A DNA stretch of 64,000 nt from Chloroherpetonaceae bacterium (lineage in GTDB: Bacteria > Bacteroidota > Chlorobiia > Chlorobiales > Thermochlorobacteraceae). The translations under genes and the position numbers were made by a program. Positions 27,527 to 36,664 of the stretch are shown here, piece by piece (position 1 is the first letter of the stretch; the number at the start of each line of letters is the position of its first letter). Under the pieces are notes generated by a model that did no database searches, was not told where the DNA came from, and saw only the letters and a program-made list of their open reading frames with translations. The stretch covers positions 36,219 to 100,218 of the forward strand of contig JANWWM010000028.1 of the NCBI GenBank assembly GCA_025055975.1. The letters run 5' to 3'.

Positions 27527-28157
27527 TAGCGAATCAAAGTTTTGATGGCTTTCTTGTCGGGCTTCGGAAACGAGACGTCTCGATAAACTTCCTTCGTCGC
27601 CAATTCAATCCCGATGGAGCGAAGCGGGATTTTCTCTTTGAGCGATTGATAATCGGCGATGAGCCATTGCTCGCCCTCGCGGGCGACGCGAACCGCCAAG
27701 GGCTTTTCGTAATTGACGAAGAGCATTTCTTGCACGCTCGGTTGAGCCGCGTAGAAGAGTCGCTTTTCGTTGAAGTCGTATTCATAGGTGGAATCGGAGA
27801 GGACTTCGACGATGAGCGTCGCGTTGAGGAGCGTTTTGGGATTGTCGTCGGAAAATTCGGGTTTGCCGCACGCGACGGACACGTCGGGGTAGAAATAGCC
27901 CAGCTTGCCGCTCGGCTTGGATTCGCTCTTGACGCGCTGATCGCTTGGATAGACGCGACACGGCTTCTTGCGCTTGATGATTTGATTGCCAATTCGCGGA
28001 TTAAGTTTGCGCAAATCGAGTTGTGTTCGGGTTGCGCGCCCGCCATTGCGACAATCTCGCCGTTGAGATATTCGTGCTTCGTTTCGCGGTTTGCCGCCTC
28101 CAGCGCGAAGTATTCCGCGAGCGAATGAACTTTGGTCGTTCTTGCTACCGCTTTCAT
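27526..28157 (-). pseudogene. Uma2-family (DUF820) endonuclease gene interrupted by a 1-nt frameshift
   Basis: The N-terminus is in ORF 27534..28157 (MKAVARTTKVHSLAEYFALEAANRETKHEYLNGEIVAMAGAQPEHNSICANLIRE..). The rest is in ORF 27526..28014 (..IGNQIIKRKKPCRVYPSDQRV..YFYPDVSVACGKPEF..LIVEVLSDSTYEYDFNEKRLFY). The frames switch near 27985..27995. Confidence 0.7.
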
Positions 28158-28175
28158 TCAGCCAACATCCGACGG

Positions 28176-28868
28176 TTAAACGAACTGCGCGCCGCCAATC
28201 ACGGCGATGGGAATCGTGAAGTTATCAATTTCTTTCGGACTCAAACCCTCGACGGCAGTCGCCACGAGCGAGAGAATCAAGATGCGATTGACGTCGTAGG
28301 CATGCGGCACGATGAACCGCGCAAGCAAAAGCGAGGCGAAAAATCCCGACGCGAACATCGTCAGCGAGCCTTCGACGCTTTTGGGCGAAAGGATTTTGTA
28401 TTTGAGCCTGCCGAAGCGCGAGCCAATGATGGGCGCCATTCCGTCGCCCCAACCCAGAATCGCCATCGCCACCACGCCCTCGAAGGTTTTGTAAAACAGC
28501 GTGCCGCAAATCGTGGCGACGATGACGAAGTAGAGCGGTCCTTTCAGGAGTTCGCGTCGATCGCCCGTGCGCGTCATCGTTTTGACGGCTTCGTCGTTGA
28601 CATCGGCGAAAAAGCCTTTCTGCACGAGCAGAAAAATCCAAATCACGAAAATCGACACGTTCAGATATCTGCTCCAATGCGAATCGTCGAAGAGCGGCAG
28701 AAACGCGATGATCATCCCCGCGCCGATGTGCGTGATCTTGCGGCTCAAATCGCGCGCAAGCCCGAATCTCGTCACGAAAACTTCCATCAGCGCCACGAGG
28801 CTGAACACGTATCCGATGGTCAGAAGCGCGGCGAGAAGATTGTTGTAGAGCGGCGGCAGTCCGAACAT
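28176..28868 (-). CDS. phytol/dolichol-kinase-like CTP-dependent isoprenoid-alcohol kinase (VTE5-like membrane protein)
   Basis: Start at MFGLPPLYNNLL (28868), 20 nt after the synthase stop; the longer ORF 28176..29156 overlaps the synthase gene. Motifs RKITHIGAG, GWGDGMAPIIGSRFG, KSVEGSLTMF. Confidence 0.7.
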   Translation of the reverse strand: MFGLPPLYNNLLAALLTIGYVFSLVALMEVFVTRFGLARDLSRKITHIGAGMIIAFLPLFDDSHWSRYLNVSIFVIWIFLLVQKGFFADVNDEAVKTMTRTGDRRELLKGPLYFVIVATICGTLFYKTFEGVVAMAILGWGDGMAPIIGSRFGRLKYKILSPKSVEGSLTMFASGFFASLLLARFIVPHAYDVNRILILSLVATAVEGLSPKEIDNFTIPIAVIGGAQFV

Positions 28869-28888
28869 TTTGCTTTTGAGTTTTCTCG

Positions 28889-29896
28889 TTAGGTCGGCTT
28901 TTGCGCGATGAGCAACGCGGCGAAAATCACGTTCAACACATACAAGCCGTTGTTGACGACGAGGTAACGCAGATAGGATTTGTGCGTTTTGACGTCGCTC
29001 TTGCCAACGACGTTTCGCAGCCCCGTCTTTTGAACCGCGTCTTCCAACGCGCTCGCGCCGTGTTCGGGGTCGAGATAAAGCATCGCTTGCGTGGCGAGAA
29101 TCGCCATGAACGAAAAGAGCGAGAAGTAAAACATCGCGCCAAACTCCCACTTCCACATCAAATAAACGAACGTGCCAAAGGCGACGTCAATGAGCGAGAA
29201 GGAGACGAGGTAAGTGCCTCTCACGCCAATCATCACGGGCAGAGATTTCAGTCCTTTGGCTTTGTCGCCTTCCGCCGACTTGAAATCGTTGAGGAAAATC
29301 AGCCCGATGGCGATGCAAGCGTTGATGGCTCCCATCCAAACGACTTCGGGGCGCAAATCGGCGTAGAGCAAATTGCCCGCGATCCAAGTGATGAAACTGT
29401 AACTAATTCCCACGGCGGGCGCGGAGAGGAGCACGTTGTTTTTGAGTTTGAGCGGCGGCGCGGAGTAGATGTAACTGACGACCAAGCCAAAAACGGTAAT
29501 CAAAAAGAGAAAGCCGCCGCGCCATTCGCCCAAACGATAGGCGAAGAACGCGCCCACGATCAACGCCATCGCGCCAACGGTGAGCCAATTCCACAGCGCT
29601 TCTTTCTCCGAAAGCCTGCCCGAAGGAATCGGGCGCGAGGGTTCATTGACGCGGTCGAGGTCTCGATCGTAGTAATCATTGACGGATTGCGAGAAGCCCG
29701 TTCCGAGCGGTCCAAAGAGAAGCATCAGCAGCGCAAACTGTCCGATGTGCTCGATCGAAAACTCCATTCGCCCCGAAGCGATTGCGCCACACACGATGCC
29801 TTGCAGAACGCCAACCCAAGTGATGGGGTCTAAAAGTTCGAGATGCGCTTTGAGTTTCTGCATCGGCGAGAGCGATGCCTTCGGCGTGTCGGTCAT
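28889..29896 (-). CDS. (bacterio)chlorophyll synthase, BchG/ChlG/BchK family (UbiA-type prenyltransferase)
   Basis: 335 aa with about 9 TM helices. Signature SQSVNDYYDRDLDRVNEPSRPIPSGRLS. The specific paralog cannot be assigned by eye. Confidence 0.9.
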   Translation of the reverse strand: MTDTPKASLSPMQKLKAHLELLDPITWVGVLQGIVCGAIASGRMEFSIEHIGQFALLMLLFGPLGTGFSQSVNDYYDRDLDRVNEPSRPIPSGRLSEKEALWNWLTVGAMALIVGAFFAYRLGEWRGGFLFLITVFGLVVSYIYSAPPLKLKNNVLLSAPAVGISYSFITWIAGNLLYADLRPEVVWMGAINACIAIGLIFLNDFKSAEGDKAKGLKSLPVMIGVRGTYLVSFSLIDVAFGTFVYLMWKWEFGAMFYFSLFSFMAILATQAMLYLDPEHGASALEDAVQKTGLRNVVGKSDVKTHKSYLRYLVVNNGLYVLNVIFAALLIAQKPT

Positions 29897-30190
29897 CGTC
29901 GGAAAATGTCAAGCGACTTCATCTTCGAATGATTGCGAAACGTTCATTTTTCCGAAAGTTACGACGCACAACACAAGAAAAGAAGCGCCGCTCTTCGGAG
30001 CGGAGTTTGCATGCTCAACGCCCTTTCCCGACGCTTGAAGAGGGCTTTCGAAGCAAATCCGTTGATTGAATTTTAACTCTGCGACTGCAATACGCTCGCA
30101 AACCTTGCCCGTTTGCGCCTCTCCCCGTAGCCGCTTGGGCTTTGCGTATCTTCGCGCCGTGAGGTTTCTCTAACTTTAATCTTCTACATT

Positions 30191-32500
30191 GTGAATCGGC
30201 TCTTTTGGCTTTTGGGACCGCTTCTTGTGGCGACGACGCTGCTCGCGCAAGAGACGGGCGGCATTGACGGCGAAGTGATTGACCGCGACACGCGCCAAGC
30301 CATCATCGGCGCGAGGGTGGAAGTTCTGGGAACGAAACTCGGCGCGACAACCGACCTAAACGGCAATTTTCGCATCACGGGTTTGCCCATCGGCACATAT
30401 CGCCTCAAAATCACCGCGCCTGAATACAAAACCATCGCGCGCTCCGACGTGCGCGTCGGCTCGACGCAAAGCGCAAAGCTTGTCATTGAGCTTAAAATCG
30501 ATGCCTATCAGCAAGCGGAGCAAGTGATTACGAGCGAGAGGACGTTCGAAAAGTCCGAGGACATGCGCGTGAGCGCCAATGTGCTGACCCAAGAGGAAAT
30601 TCGGCGCGCTCCGGGCGCGGTTGAAGACGTGAGCCGAATGATGCAAATTTTGCCCGGCGTGGCGTTTGGCTCCGACGCTCGAAACGACATCATCGCGCGC
30701 GGCGGCTCGCCCATTGAGAACTTCATTATGATTGACGGCATTGAAGTTCCCAACATCAATCACTTCTCGCAACAAGGCGCGTCGGGCGGTCCAATCGGAA
30801 TGGTCAACGCGGACTTTCTTTCGGAGGTCAATTTCAGCGCGGGCGGTTTCGGAGCGAAATACGGCGATAGGCTCTCGTCGATTATGGACATCAAATACCG
30901 AGAGGGCGACAAACGCAAGACGCGGGGCAAGTTTGAACTCGGTCTCGGCGGCTTTGGCGGAACGCTCGAATCGCCGCTTCAAACGGAACAAAGTTCCATG
31001 CTCTTCTCGCTTCGGCGCAGTTATCTCGATCTTGTCGCGGGCGGCACGGGCTTGACGGGCATTCCGAATTATTGGAACCTCAACTTCAAAGCCACTTATC
31101 GCCTTTCGTCTCAACATTCGCTCGCGCTGCTTGGACTTGGAGGGATTGACGAAATCGAACTCAAAGACTACAAAAGCGACGCGAATCAAGCCATTGCCAA
31201 TCAAGACAGCAAGTTTCAAGGCTGGCGATATGTCGCGGGCGTTTCGCACAAATGGCTCATCGACGAAACCGCGTTTCTGCAAACGTCCGTCTCTACCAAT
31301 GCGTATCGCAATGGTTTCTTCGCCGATAGCGTCGCCCTGAACGCAAACGGCGACATCGTTTTCCGCGAGCGCGGCTTTCACAACTTCTCGACCGACCGCG
31401 AACTCGTGGTCGTTCGCTCCGATTTTTCAAAGCGCATCAGCCCGCGAGACCTCTTGGAACTCGGCGCGATCGCGCGCAGGCTCGAAAGCGACATGGAAAT
31501 TTTCGCAAAGGCGAACATAGACGTGTCGTTGAACGCCCCCGAAGTGCGCATCAACGCACTCGTTTCAGCCACGAAACTCGGCGCGTATCTGCAATACTCG
31601 CGCAGCGTCGTGGCGAATTTCAGCGTTACGACGGGACTGCGTTGGGATTACTTCGATTACATTGACTCCAAACACGCCCTCTCGCCGCGCCTTTCCGCCA
31701 GCTACGAGCTTTCGCCGCAACTGCGTTTCAATTTGGGAGGCGGATTGTATCAACAAGCGCCTCCGTTGATATGGCTCGTTGGCGACCAGCGCAATCGCCA
31801 AGTCAAGTGGCTCAAAGCTTATCAAGCCGTCGCGGGCGTAGAGTTCTTTCCGTCGGAAGATTTGAAGTTCTCGGTGGAAGTCTTTGCGAAAGAGTATCGA
31901 GATTATCCGATTAGCGTTAGAAATCCGCAGTATGTTTATTCCAACGTCGGCGCGGATTACGCTCAACCATATGAACATATCCGCGCTGGCTCAAACGGCT
32001 ACGCCAGGGGAATAGAGTTCTTCGTTCACAAAAAACTCTCGGCGCGCTTCTACGGAATGTGCTCGTATAGTTTTTCGCGCATCGTTTTCGTCGACGGGTT
32101 CGGCGAGGCGCGTCCAAGCGGCTTTGACTATCGGCATCTCTTCACCGTCATTGGCGGATACAAAATCACCAACTCGCTCGAACTTTCGGCGAAGTTTCGC
32201 TACGCGGGCGGTCGTCCTTACACGCCGTTTGATCTTGCCACGTCGCAAACGCTCAATCGAGGGATTTGGGACTTCGGTCTCGTCAATCGTCGTCGACTGC
32301 CCGATTACAAGCGCTTGGACATTCGTTTAGACCAACGCTTCGCGCTTTTCGGTTGGAACGTCATCGCCTTCGTGGATTTGCAGAATGTTTTGAACGTGGA
32401 GAATGTCGAGCAAGTGGTTTGGAATCAAAAGCGAAACGCGCCCGACCGCATCTTGCAGTGGCGATTTTTGCCCGTTGGCGGCGTTCGCGCCGAGTTTTAG
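30191..32500 (+). CDS. TonB-dependent outer-membrane receptor with N-terminal carboxypeptidase-regulatory-like domain
   Basis: 769 aa, GTG start. Signal peptide MNRLFWLLGPLLVATTLLAQ. CarboxypepD_reg block (GEVIDRDTRQAIIGARVEVLG..TDLNGNFRITGLPIGTY). Plug block (EEIRRAPGAVEDVSRMM, IIARGGSPIENFIMIDGIEVPNINHF). The barrel ends in ..GGVRAEF. Confidence 0.9.
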   Translation: MNRLFWLLGPLLVATTLLAQETGGIDGEVIDRDTRQAIIGARVEVLGTKLGATTDLNGNFRITGLPIGTYRLKITAPEYKTIARSDVRVGSTQSAKLVIELKIDAYQQAEQVITSERTFEKSEDMRVSANVLTQEEIRRAPGAVEDVSRMMQILPGVAFGSDARNDIIARGGSPIENFIMIDGIEVPNINHFSQQGASGGPIGMVNADFLSEVNFSAGGFGAKYGDRLSSIMDIKYREGDKRKTRGKFELGLGGFGGTLESPLQTEQSSMLFSLRRSYLDLVAGGTGLTGIPNYWNLNFKATYRLSSQHSLALLGLGGIDEIELKDYKSDANQAIANQDSKFQGWRYVAGVSHKWLIDETAFLQTSVSTNAYRNGFFADSVALNANGDIVFRERGFHNFSTDRELVVVRSDFSKRISPRDLLELGAIARRLESDMEIFAKANIDVSLNAPEVRINALVSATKLGAYLQYSRSVVANFSVTTGLRWDYFDYIDSKHALSPRLSASYELSPQLRFNLGGGLYQQAPPLIWLVGDQRNRQVKWLKAYQAVAGVEFFPSEDLKFSVEVFAKEYRDYPISVRNPQYVYSNVGADYAQPYEHIRAGSNGYARGIEFFVHKKLSARFYGMCSYSFSRIVFVDGFGEARPSGFDYRHLFTVIGGYKITNSLELSAKFRYAGGRPYTPFDLATSQTLNRGIWDFGLVNRRRLPDYKRLDIRLDQRFALFGWNVIAFVDLQNVLNVENVEQVVWNQKRNAPDRILQWRFLPVGGVRAEF

Positions 32501-32518
32501 CGATGGAGACAGGACCCC

Positions 32519-32556
32519 GATTCCGACTTCGGTCGGATTCCTTCCTCTTTCTTTTT
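32519..32556 (+). terminator. rho-independent-type terminator after the TonB receptor gene
   Basis: gattccgac-ttcg-gtcggattc forms a 9-position stem with one mismatch and a UUCG loop. It is followed by the T-rich tract cttcctctttcttttt, 19 nt after the stop. Confidence 0.6.
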
Positions 32557-32580
32557 GCAAGGAAACATCAGGAGCAATGT

Positions 32581-32605
32581 GGATTCTCGCTTTGCTCGGA
32601 ATGAC
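32581..32605 (-). repeat. dispersed intergenic repeat, reverse orientation
   Basis: ggattctcgctttgctcggaatgac. A partial copy ggtttggaatgac follows at 32614..32626. Confidence 0.8.
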
Positions 32606-32727
32606 AAAAGCAAGGTTTGGAATGACGAGCAATTCAAGACTTTGCCAACGTGATTGCAAAAAAGGCGCGACTCGCTTTACCTTTCGGTCATTGCGATAAT
32701 GCGATAATTCAAACCGCTGATGTCATT

Positions 32728-33288
32728 ATGGAAACGCTCGTCAAAAAAATGACCTATGCCGAGTTCAGAGAATTAGACTTCCCTGACGACGACCGCCACC
32801 TTTACGAACTTTTGGACGGAGAGCCTGTGCAACGCAATACGCCTTCCATTCAGCATCAACGCATCGCGCGCAACGTGTTTAGAAAGCTTGACCAATTCGT
32901 CTTGGAAAAAAATCTTGGCGAAGTTTTCTTTGCGCCCGTAACGCTCTTGGTCGACGACTACAACGCGCCGCAACCCGACCTTGCGTTCATTTCCAACAAG
33001 ACGACGGACGCGACGGACGAGTTCGTCGTCGTCAAAGCCCCTGACCTCGTCGTTGAAATCCTTTCGCCGAGCACGATGTCGGACGACCGCCATCGCAAGC
33101 GCAAACTTTACGAGCGCTTTGGCGTGAAGGAGTATTGGCTAATCGACCCGCAAAACAAAGCCATTGAGGTCTTGGAACTTCTGAACGGACAGTTTGAACT
33201 GTTTTCATTCGCGGCGGAAAAAGGCAAAGTCCGTTCCAAAATTCTGGAAGGCTTCGAGCTGAATTTGAGCGACGCATTTTCGACTTGA
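32728..33288 (+). CDS. Uma2-family (DUF820) endonuclease, intact
   Basis: Start at METLVKKMTYAEFREL, an internal ATG of ORF 32650..33288. Core motifs YELLDGEPV, PQPDLAFIS, PDLVVEILSPSTMSDDRHRKRKLYERFGVKEYWLIDP. Confidence 0.85.
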   Translation: METLVKKMTYAEFRELDFPDDDRHLYELLDGEPVQRNTPSIQHQRIARNVFRKLDQFVLEKNLGEVFFAPVTLLVDDYNAPQPDLAFISNKTTDATDEFVVVKAPDLVVEILSPSTMSDDRHRKRKLYERFGVKEYWLIDPQNKAIEVLELLNGQFELFSFAAEKGKVRSKILEGFELNLSDAFST

Positions 33289-33343
33289 TTGAGAAACGTT
33301 GGCGTTTTTGAACCGCGCCTCGTCGATTGCCCCGAACCTGCGC

Positions 33344-34201
33344 TCACTCGATAGAAAACGACGCGCCGACTCTGAACGTGAGAATTTGCAACCCCGCCTC
33401 GCTTGGAAAGGGAAAATTTGCCTGCCGCGATTTTTGATCGTAGAGCCAAAAGTTGAACGCGCCTTTGAGCGCGAAGCCCGCGACGGGAATCCACGAGTTT
33501 GGGAAAATTACATCTATCGCTTTGCGCATCAAGATGTGAGCCGCTTGTTGAAGAATGAGGTTTGAAAACGATTGCAAGAAGACGTATCGCGGCTGAACGA
33601 GCATCGTCTCGAAGCCAAAGTCTATAGCGAATCGCGTTCCGACGTCAATCATCACGCCCGCTTCCGAGAAGGTGGCGTAGCGAAAGCCGCCCGCGAATCG
33701 GTCGAGCCGCGCCGCGTCGCCGACGAAGACGGTGTCCCAACTCCATCGGTTCGTCGTACAGGCTTGCCCGCTACTGACATAGGGGGTAAGAACGGCGTAT
33801 TTTTGAAAGCGATAGCCAACGCCGTCTCTTGCGCCGAAGCCAAAGCGAAAGTTCGAGAAACCAATGGGGGTGAGTCGTCGCGCGAGCGTGTCGCGCAATC
33901 GTCCTTCCGCCGCTCTGGAAAGGCTAACGAAAAGAAAGATGTGCGCGTAGTCGAGTTGCGAAGCGTCGTAGTCGGATTCGAGAAATCGTTTCACGCCAAG
34001 CATCGCGTTGAGCGCGCCGCCGCGAGAAAAATTGGCGACGATGTCCTCGCGGTTGGGCGCGGCGTAGCCGTAGCCCACGTTTGCCGTCAGGACGCGAGAG
34101 GGCGCCTTGACGATGACGTCGCTGAGCCAGTTGCCCGCCTCCCATTGCGCCAACGCCGAAGACGAGAGAAAAACGACGCAGAAGAGGACTTGATAGCGCA
34201 T
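33344..34201 (-). CDS. hypothetical secreted / outer-membrane protein
   Basis: Start at MRYQVLFCVVFLSSSALAQ (34201), an internal Met of ORF 33344..34342. Beta-rich with aromatic-rich segments; no family recognised. Confidence 0.6.
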   Translation of the reverse strand: MRYQVLFCVVFLSSSALAQWEAGNWLSDVIVKAPSRVLTANVGYGYAAPNREDIVANFSRGGALNAMLGVKRFLESDYDASQLDYAHIFLFVSLSRAAEGRLRDTLARRLTPIGFSNFRFGFGARDGVGYRFQKYAVLTPYVSSGQACTTNRWSWDTVFVGDAARLDRFAGGFRYATFSEAGVMIDVGTRFAIDFGFETMLVQPRYVFLQSFSNLILQQAAHILMRKAIDVIFPNSWIPVAGFALKGAFNFWLYDQKSRQANFPFPSEAGLQILTFRVGASFSIE

Positions 34202-34269
34202 TCGCACAAACAAAAAGCAACCGCCTTGAAAGGGTTGCTTCGTCGGTTGATTTTGGGCTTGCGGTCGCG

Positions 34270-35187
34270 TTAGCCGTCTTTTTTCATCGCGGCGACCATT
34301 TCGGCGACCTTTGCGTCGACTTGGTCGTAGGGCAATTGGCAAGTGCCCGCGCCTCTGTGTCCGCCGCCGCCGTATTTCGCCATCAACGCGCCGACGTCGG
34401 TCCTCGATGTGCGATTGAAAATGCTATGCCCGACCGCAATCGAGCAGAACTCGTTTTTCTTGCCGTCCATAATTCTGACGGAGATGTTCGCCGTTGGAAA
34501 GAGCGTGTAAATCAAAAAGCGATTGCCAGCCGGCGTCTCCACGCCGCGAAAATCCGTGATGACCACGTTTGCGTCTTGGCGAGAATGTTTGAGCAATGCG
34601 TCTTTGAAGGCTTGTTCTTGCGCTCGATATCGGTCGACGCGCTCCTTGATGTCGGGTTCGTTCAAAATTTCTTCGGGCGTTTTTTCCGCGATCCAATCCA
34701 CGAGTTTTCTCATCAACTCCTTGTTGCTGATTTGGTAGTCGTGCTGTTTTCCCAAACCCGTTCTCGGATCCATCAAGTAGGAAAGCAGAATCCAGCCTTT
34801 TGGATCCGTGACATCTTCGGGTTCGAGGTTGGCGGAATCGGACTTGTCGACCTGAATCAAGAGGTCTTGATACTTTGCCAATTTTTCGCCTTTTCCTTGC
34901 AAGACGTAGTAATCGTAGACAACGCGCGCGGCGGAAGGGGCGACGGCGAAACGACCTTTGAACTGCATATCTTCGTTGCGAGCGGCTTCGCTGGCGTGAT
35001 GGTCGAACCACATTCCCGCGTCGGGGTGATAGGGCAGGTTCGTGATAATGTCGTTGGAGGTTACGTGAATTTTGCCGTCCTGCATGTCTTTCGGGTGGTG
35101 AAACTCAATCTCATCGATTTGTTCGACCTCTTTAAGCAGGACGGCGCAGACGAGACCGTCGAAGTCGGAGCGGGTTAGGAGTCGCAT
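34270..35187 (-). CDS. DHH/DHHA1-superfamily phosphoesterase (exopolyphosphatase-related type)
   Basis: 305 aa. Motifs SDFDGLVCA, WFDHHAS and the C-terminal GGGGHRGAGT. Confidence 0.7.
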   Translation of the reverse strand: MRLLTRSDFDGLVCAVLLKEVEQIDEIEFHHPKDMQDGKIHVTSNDIITNLPYHPDAGMWFDHHASEAARNEDMQFKGRFAVAPSAARVVYDYYVLQGKGEKLAKYQDLLIQVDKSDSANLEPEDVTDPKGWILLSYLMDPRTGLGKQHDYQISNKELMRKLVDWIAEKTPEEILNEPDIKERVDRYRAQEQAFKDALLKHSRQDANVVITDFRGVETPAGNRFLIYTLFPTANISVRIMDGKKNEFCSIAVGHSIFNRTSRTDVGALMAKYGGGGHRGAGTCQLPYDQVDAKVAEMVAAMKKDG

Positions 35188-35350
35188 ACGTCATTCTCCT
35201 TTTTCGGATTGGATTTTTGGAAACTGCCGTCTCGCTTGGCGCGGCGAGACTTTGGAAAGTTAAGCGCTGAATTTGAGAGTTCAAACGCTTTGAGCGGGCG
35301 GTCTTCGACGTTTGGCGAAAAGCGTATTTTCGAGTCGTCAAACGATTGCG

Positions 35351-36604
35351 ATGAATCAGCCTGAAAGTCCGTCGACGCTCGAAAGAAAATTTCCCGCGCT
35401 GAACTTCGCTCGCGCGTTTTCCGCGCTTTCGGTCAGAGCTTATCGCTGGATTTGGACGGGGTCGTTCATTTCAAACATTGGCACGTGGGTTCAGAAGGTC
35501 GCGCAGCCGTGGCTCATTTTGCAACTTTCCGCCTCGCCGTTTTTGCTGGGACTTGACGGTTTTTTGCAAGACGTTCCGTTGCTGCTTTTCTTGCTCGTTG
35601 GCGGCGTGGCGGTTGATCGCTTCGACAAGCGCAAAATTTTGATGCTTTCGCAAGTCGTTCAACTTTCCGCCGCCGTCGCCATCGCGGTTTTGATTTGGCT
35701 CGATGAAATTCGCGTCGGAATCATTCTGACGCTCTCGTTCGTGGTTGGGACGATGCAAGCCTTTTCAACGCCCGCGTATCTTGCTTTCATTCCCTCGCTC
35801 GTCGGGCGCGAGCGTTTGGCAAACGCGGTCGCGCTGAATTCGATGCAGTTCAATCTTTCGCGTTTGATTGGACCCGCGATTGGCGGAACGCTGATCGCGT
35901 CGCTTGGCGTGGCGTGGTGTTTCGGGCTGAACGGGCTGTCGTTCGTGGCGATGCTTGTCGCGCTCGCGCTCGTTCCGTCGCCAAGCGCGAGCGAAGCCAA
36001 AGCGTCGTCGGGTTCGGTGGGAGCGCAAATTCGGGAAGGCTTGACAGCCGTGTTTGCGAGAAAGGATTTGACGGCGATCATCACGATCGTGTTCGGCATT
36101 AGTTTTTTTGGCGCGCCGCTGTTGTCGTTCGTCGCGGTTTTGGCGAAAGACGCGCTGAACGTGGGCGCGCAGGGGTTCAGTTTCGCGCTGTCGGCGTTTG
36201 GATTGGGCGCGGTGGCGGGCGCGCTCGCGGTTTCTTCGCTTCCATCGCATTGGATTCGCCCAAAGATCGTCGTGGCGACGTCTTCCCTGCTTGGCGTTTT
36301 CATCGCGCTCGTGGCGCTCTCCAATCTTTACGCGCTGACGCTCTCGCTCTTGTTTCTTGCGGGCTTGACGTTCGTGAGCAGCAACGTGATTGGCAACACG
36401 ATTTTGCAGACGACGGTCTCCGACGAGTTGCGCGGCAGAGCCGTGAGCATCTACGCCCTCGCGTTTCGCGGCGGCGCGCCGATTGGCAGTCTGCTCACGG
36501 GCGCGATGGTCGAGAAGTTCGGCGTTCAAGTCGCGCTGGCGCTCAACGGCGTTGGATTGCTGGCGGTCGCTTGGGTCGCGCGACGTCGCTTGTATCGGCG
36601 CTGA
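35351..36604 (+). CDS. MFS transporter (EntS/MFS_3-like)
   Basis: ATG at 35351 within ORF 35312..36604. RAYRWIWTGSFISNIGTWVQKVAQPWLILQL and GGVAVDRFDKRKIL are typical of the MFS_3 group. About 12 TM helices. It does not look like a PucC/BCD-type protein. Confidence 0.85.
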   Translation: MNQPESPSTLERKFPALNFARAFSALSVRAYRWIWTGSFISNIGTWVQKVAQPWLILQLSASPFLLGLDGFLQDVPLLLFLLVGGVAVDRFDKRKILMLSQVVQLSAAVAIAVLIWLDEIRVGIILTLSFVVGTMQAFSTPAYLAFIPSLVGRERLANAVALNSMQFNLSRLIGPAIGGTLIASLGVAWCFGLNGLSFVAMLVALALVPSPSASEAKASSGSVGAQIREGLTAVFARKDLTAIITIVFGISFFGAPLLSFVAVLAKDALNVGAQGFSFALSAFGLGAVAGALAVSSLPSHWIRPKIVVATSSLLGVFIALVALSNLYALTLSLLFLAGLTFVSSNVIGNTILQTTVSDELRGRAVSIYALAFRGGAPIGSLLTGAMVEKFGVQVALALNGVGLLAVAWVARRRLYRR

Positions 36605-36651
36605 AATGCTTGCGGTTTTTGTTAGATTGCGCCCAAGAACTTTGAGCAGTC

Positions 36652-36658
36652 AAGGAGA
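36652..36658 (+). promoter_or_regulatory. Shine-Dalgarno-like site for bchF
   Basis: aaggaga sits 6 nt upstream of the ATG at 36665. Confidence 0.45.
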
Positions 36659-36664
36659 ATAACT

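Noticed and set aside
29897-30190. Possible cobalamin or other riboswitch in the 294-bp leader of the TonB receptor gene. It includes a perfect ccgctc-ttcg-gagcgg hairpin at 29988..30003.
   Set aside because: I found no B12-box-like element (GCCACTG context) or any other riboswitch core. A single small hairpin is insufficient evidence. An Infernal scan would settle it.
35351-36604. Whether the MFS gene directly upstream of bchF is a PucC/BCD-type bacteriochlorophyll-delivery protein.
   Set aside because: Its N-terminal motifs match the EntS/MFS_3 exporter group rather than PucC-like proteins. The adjacency alone is not evidence.
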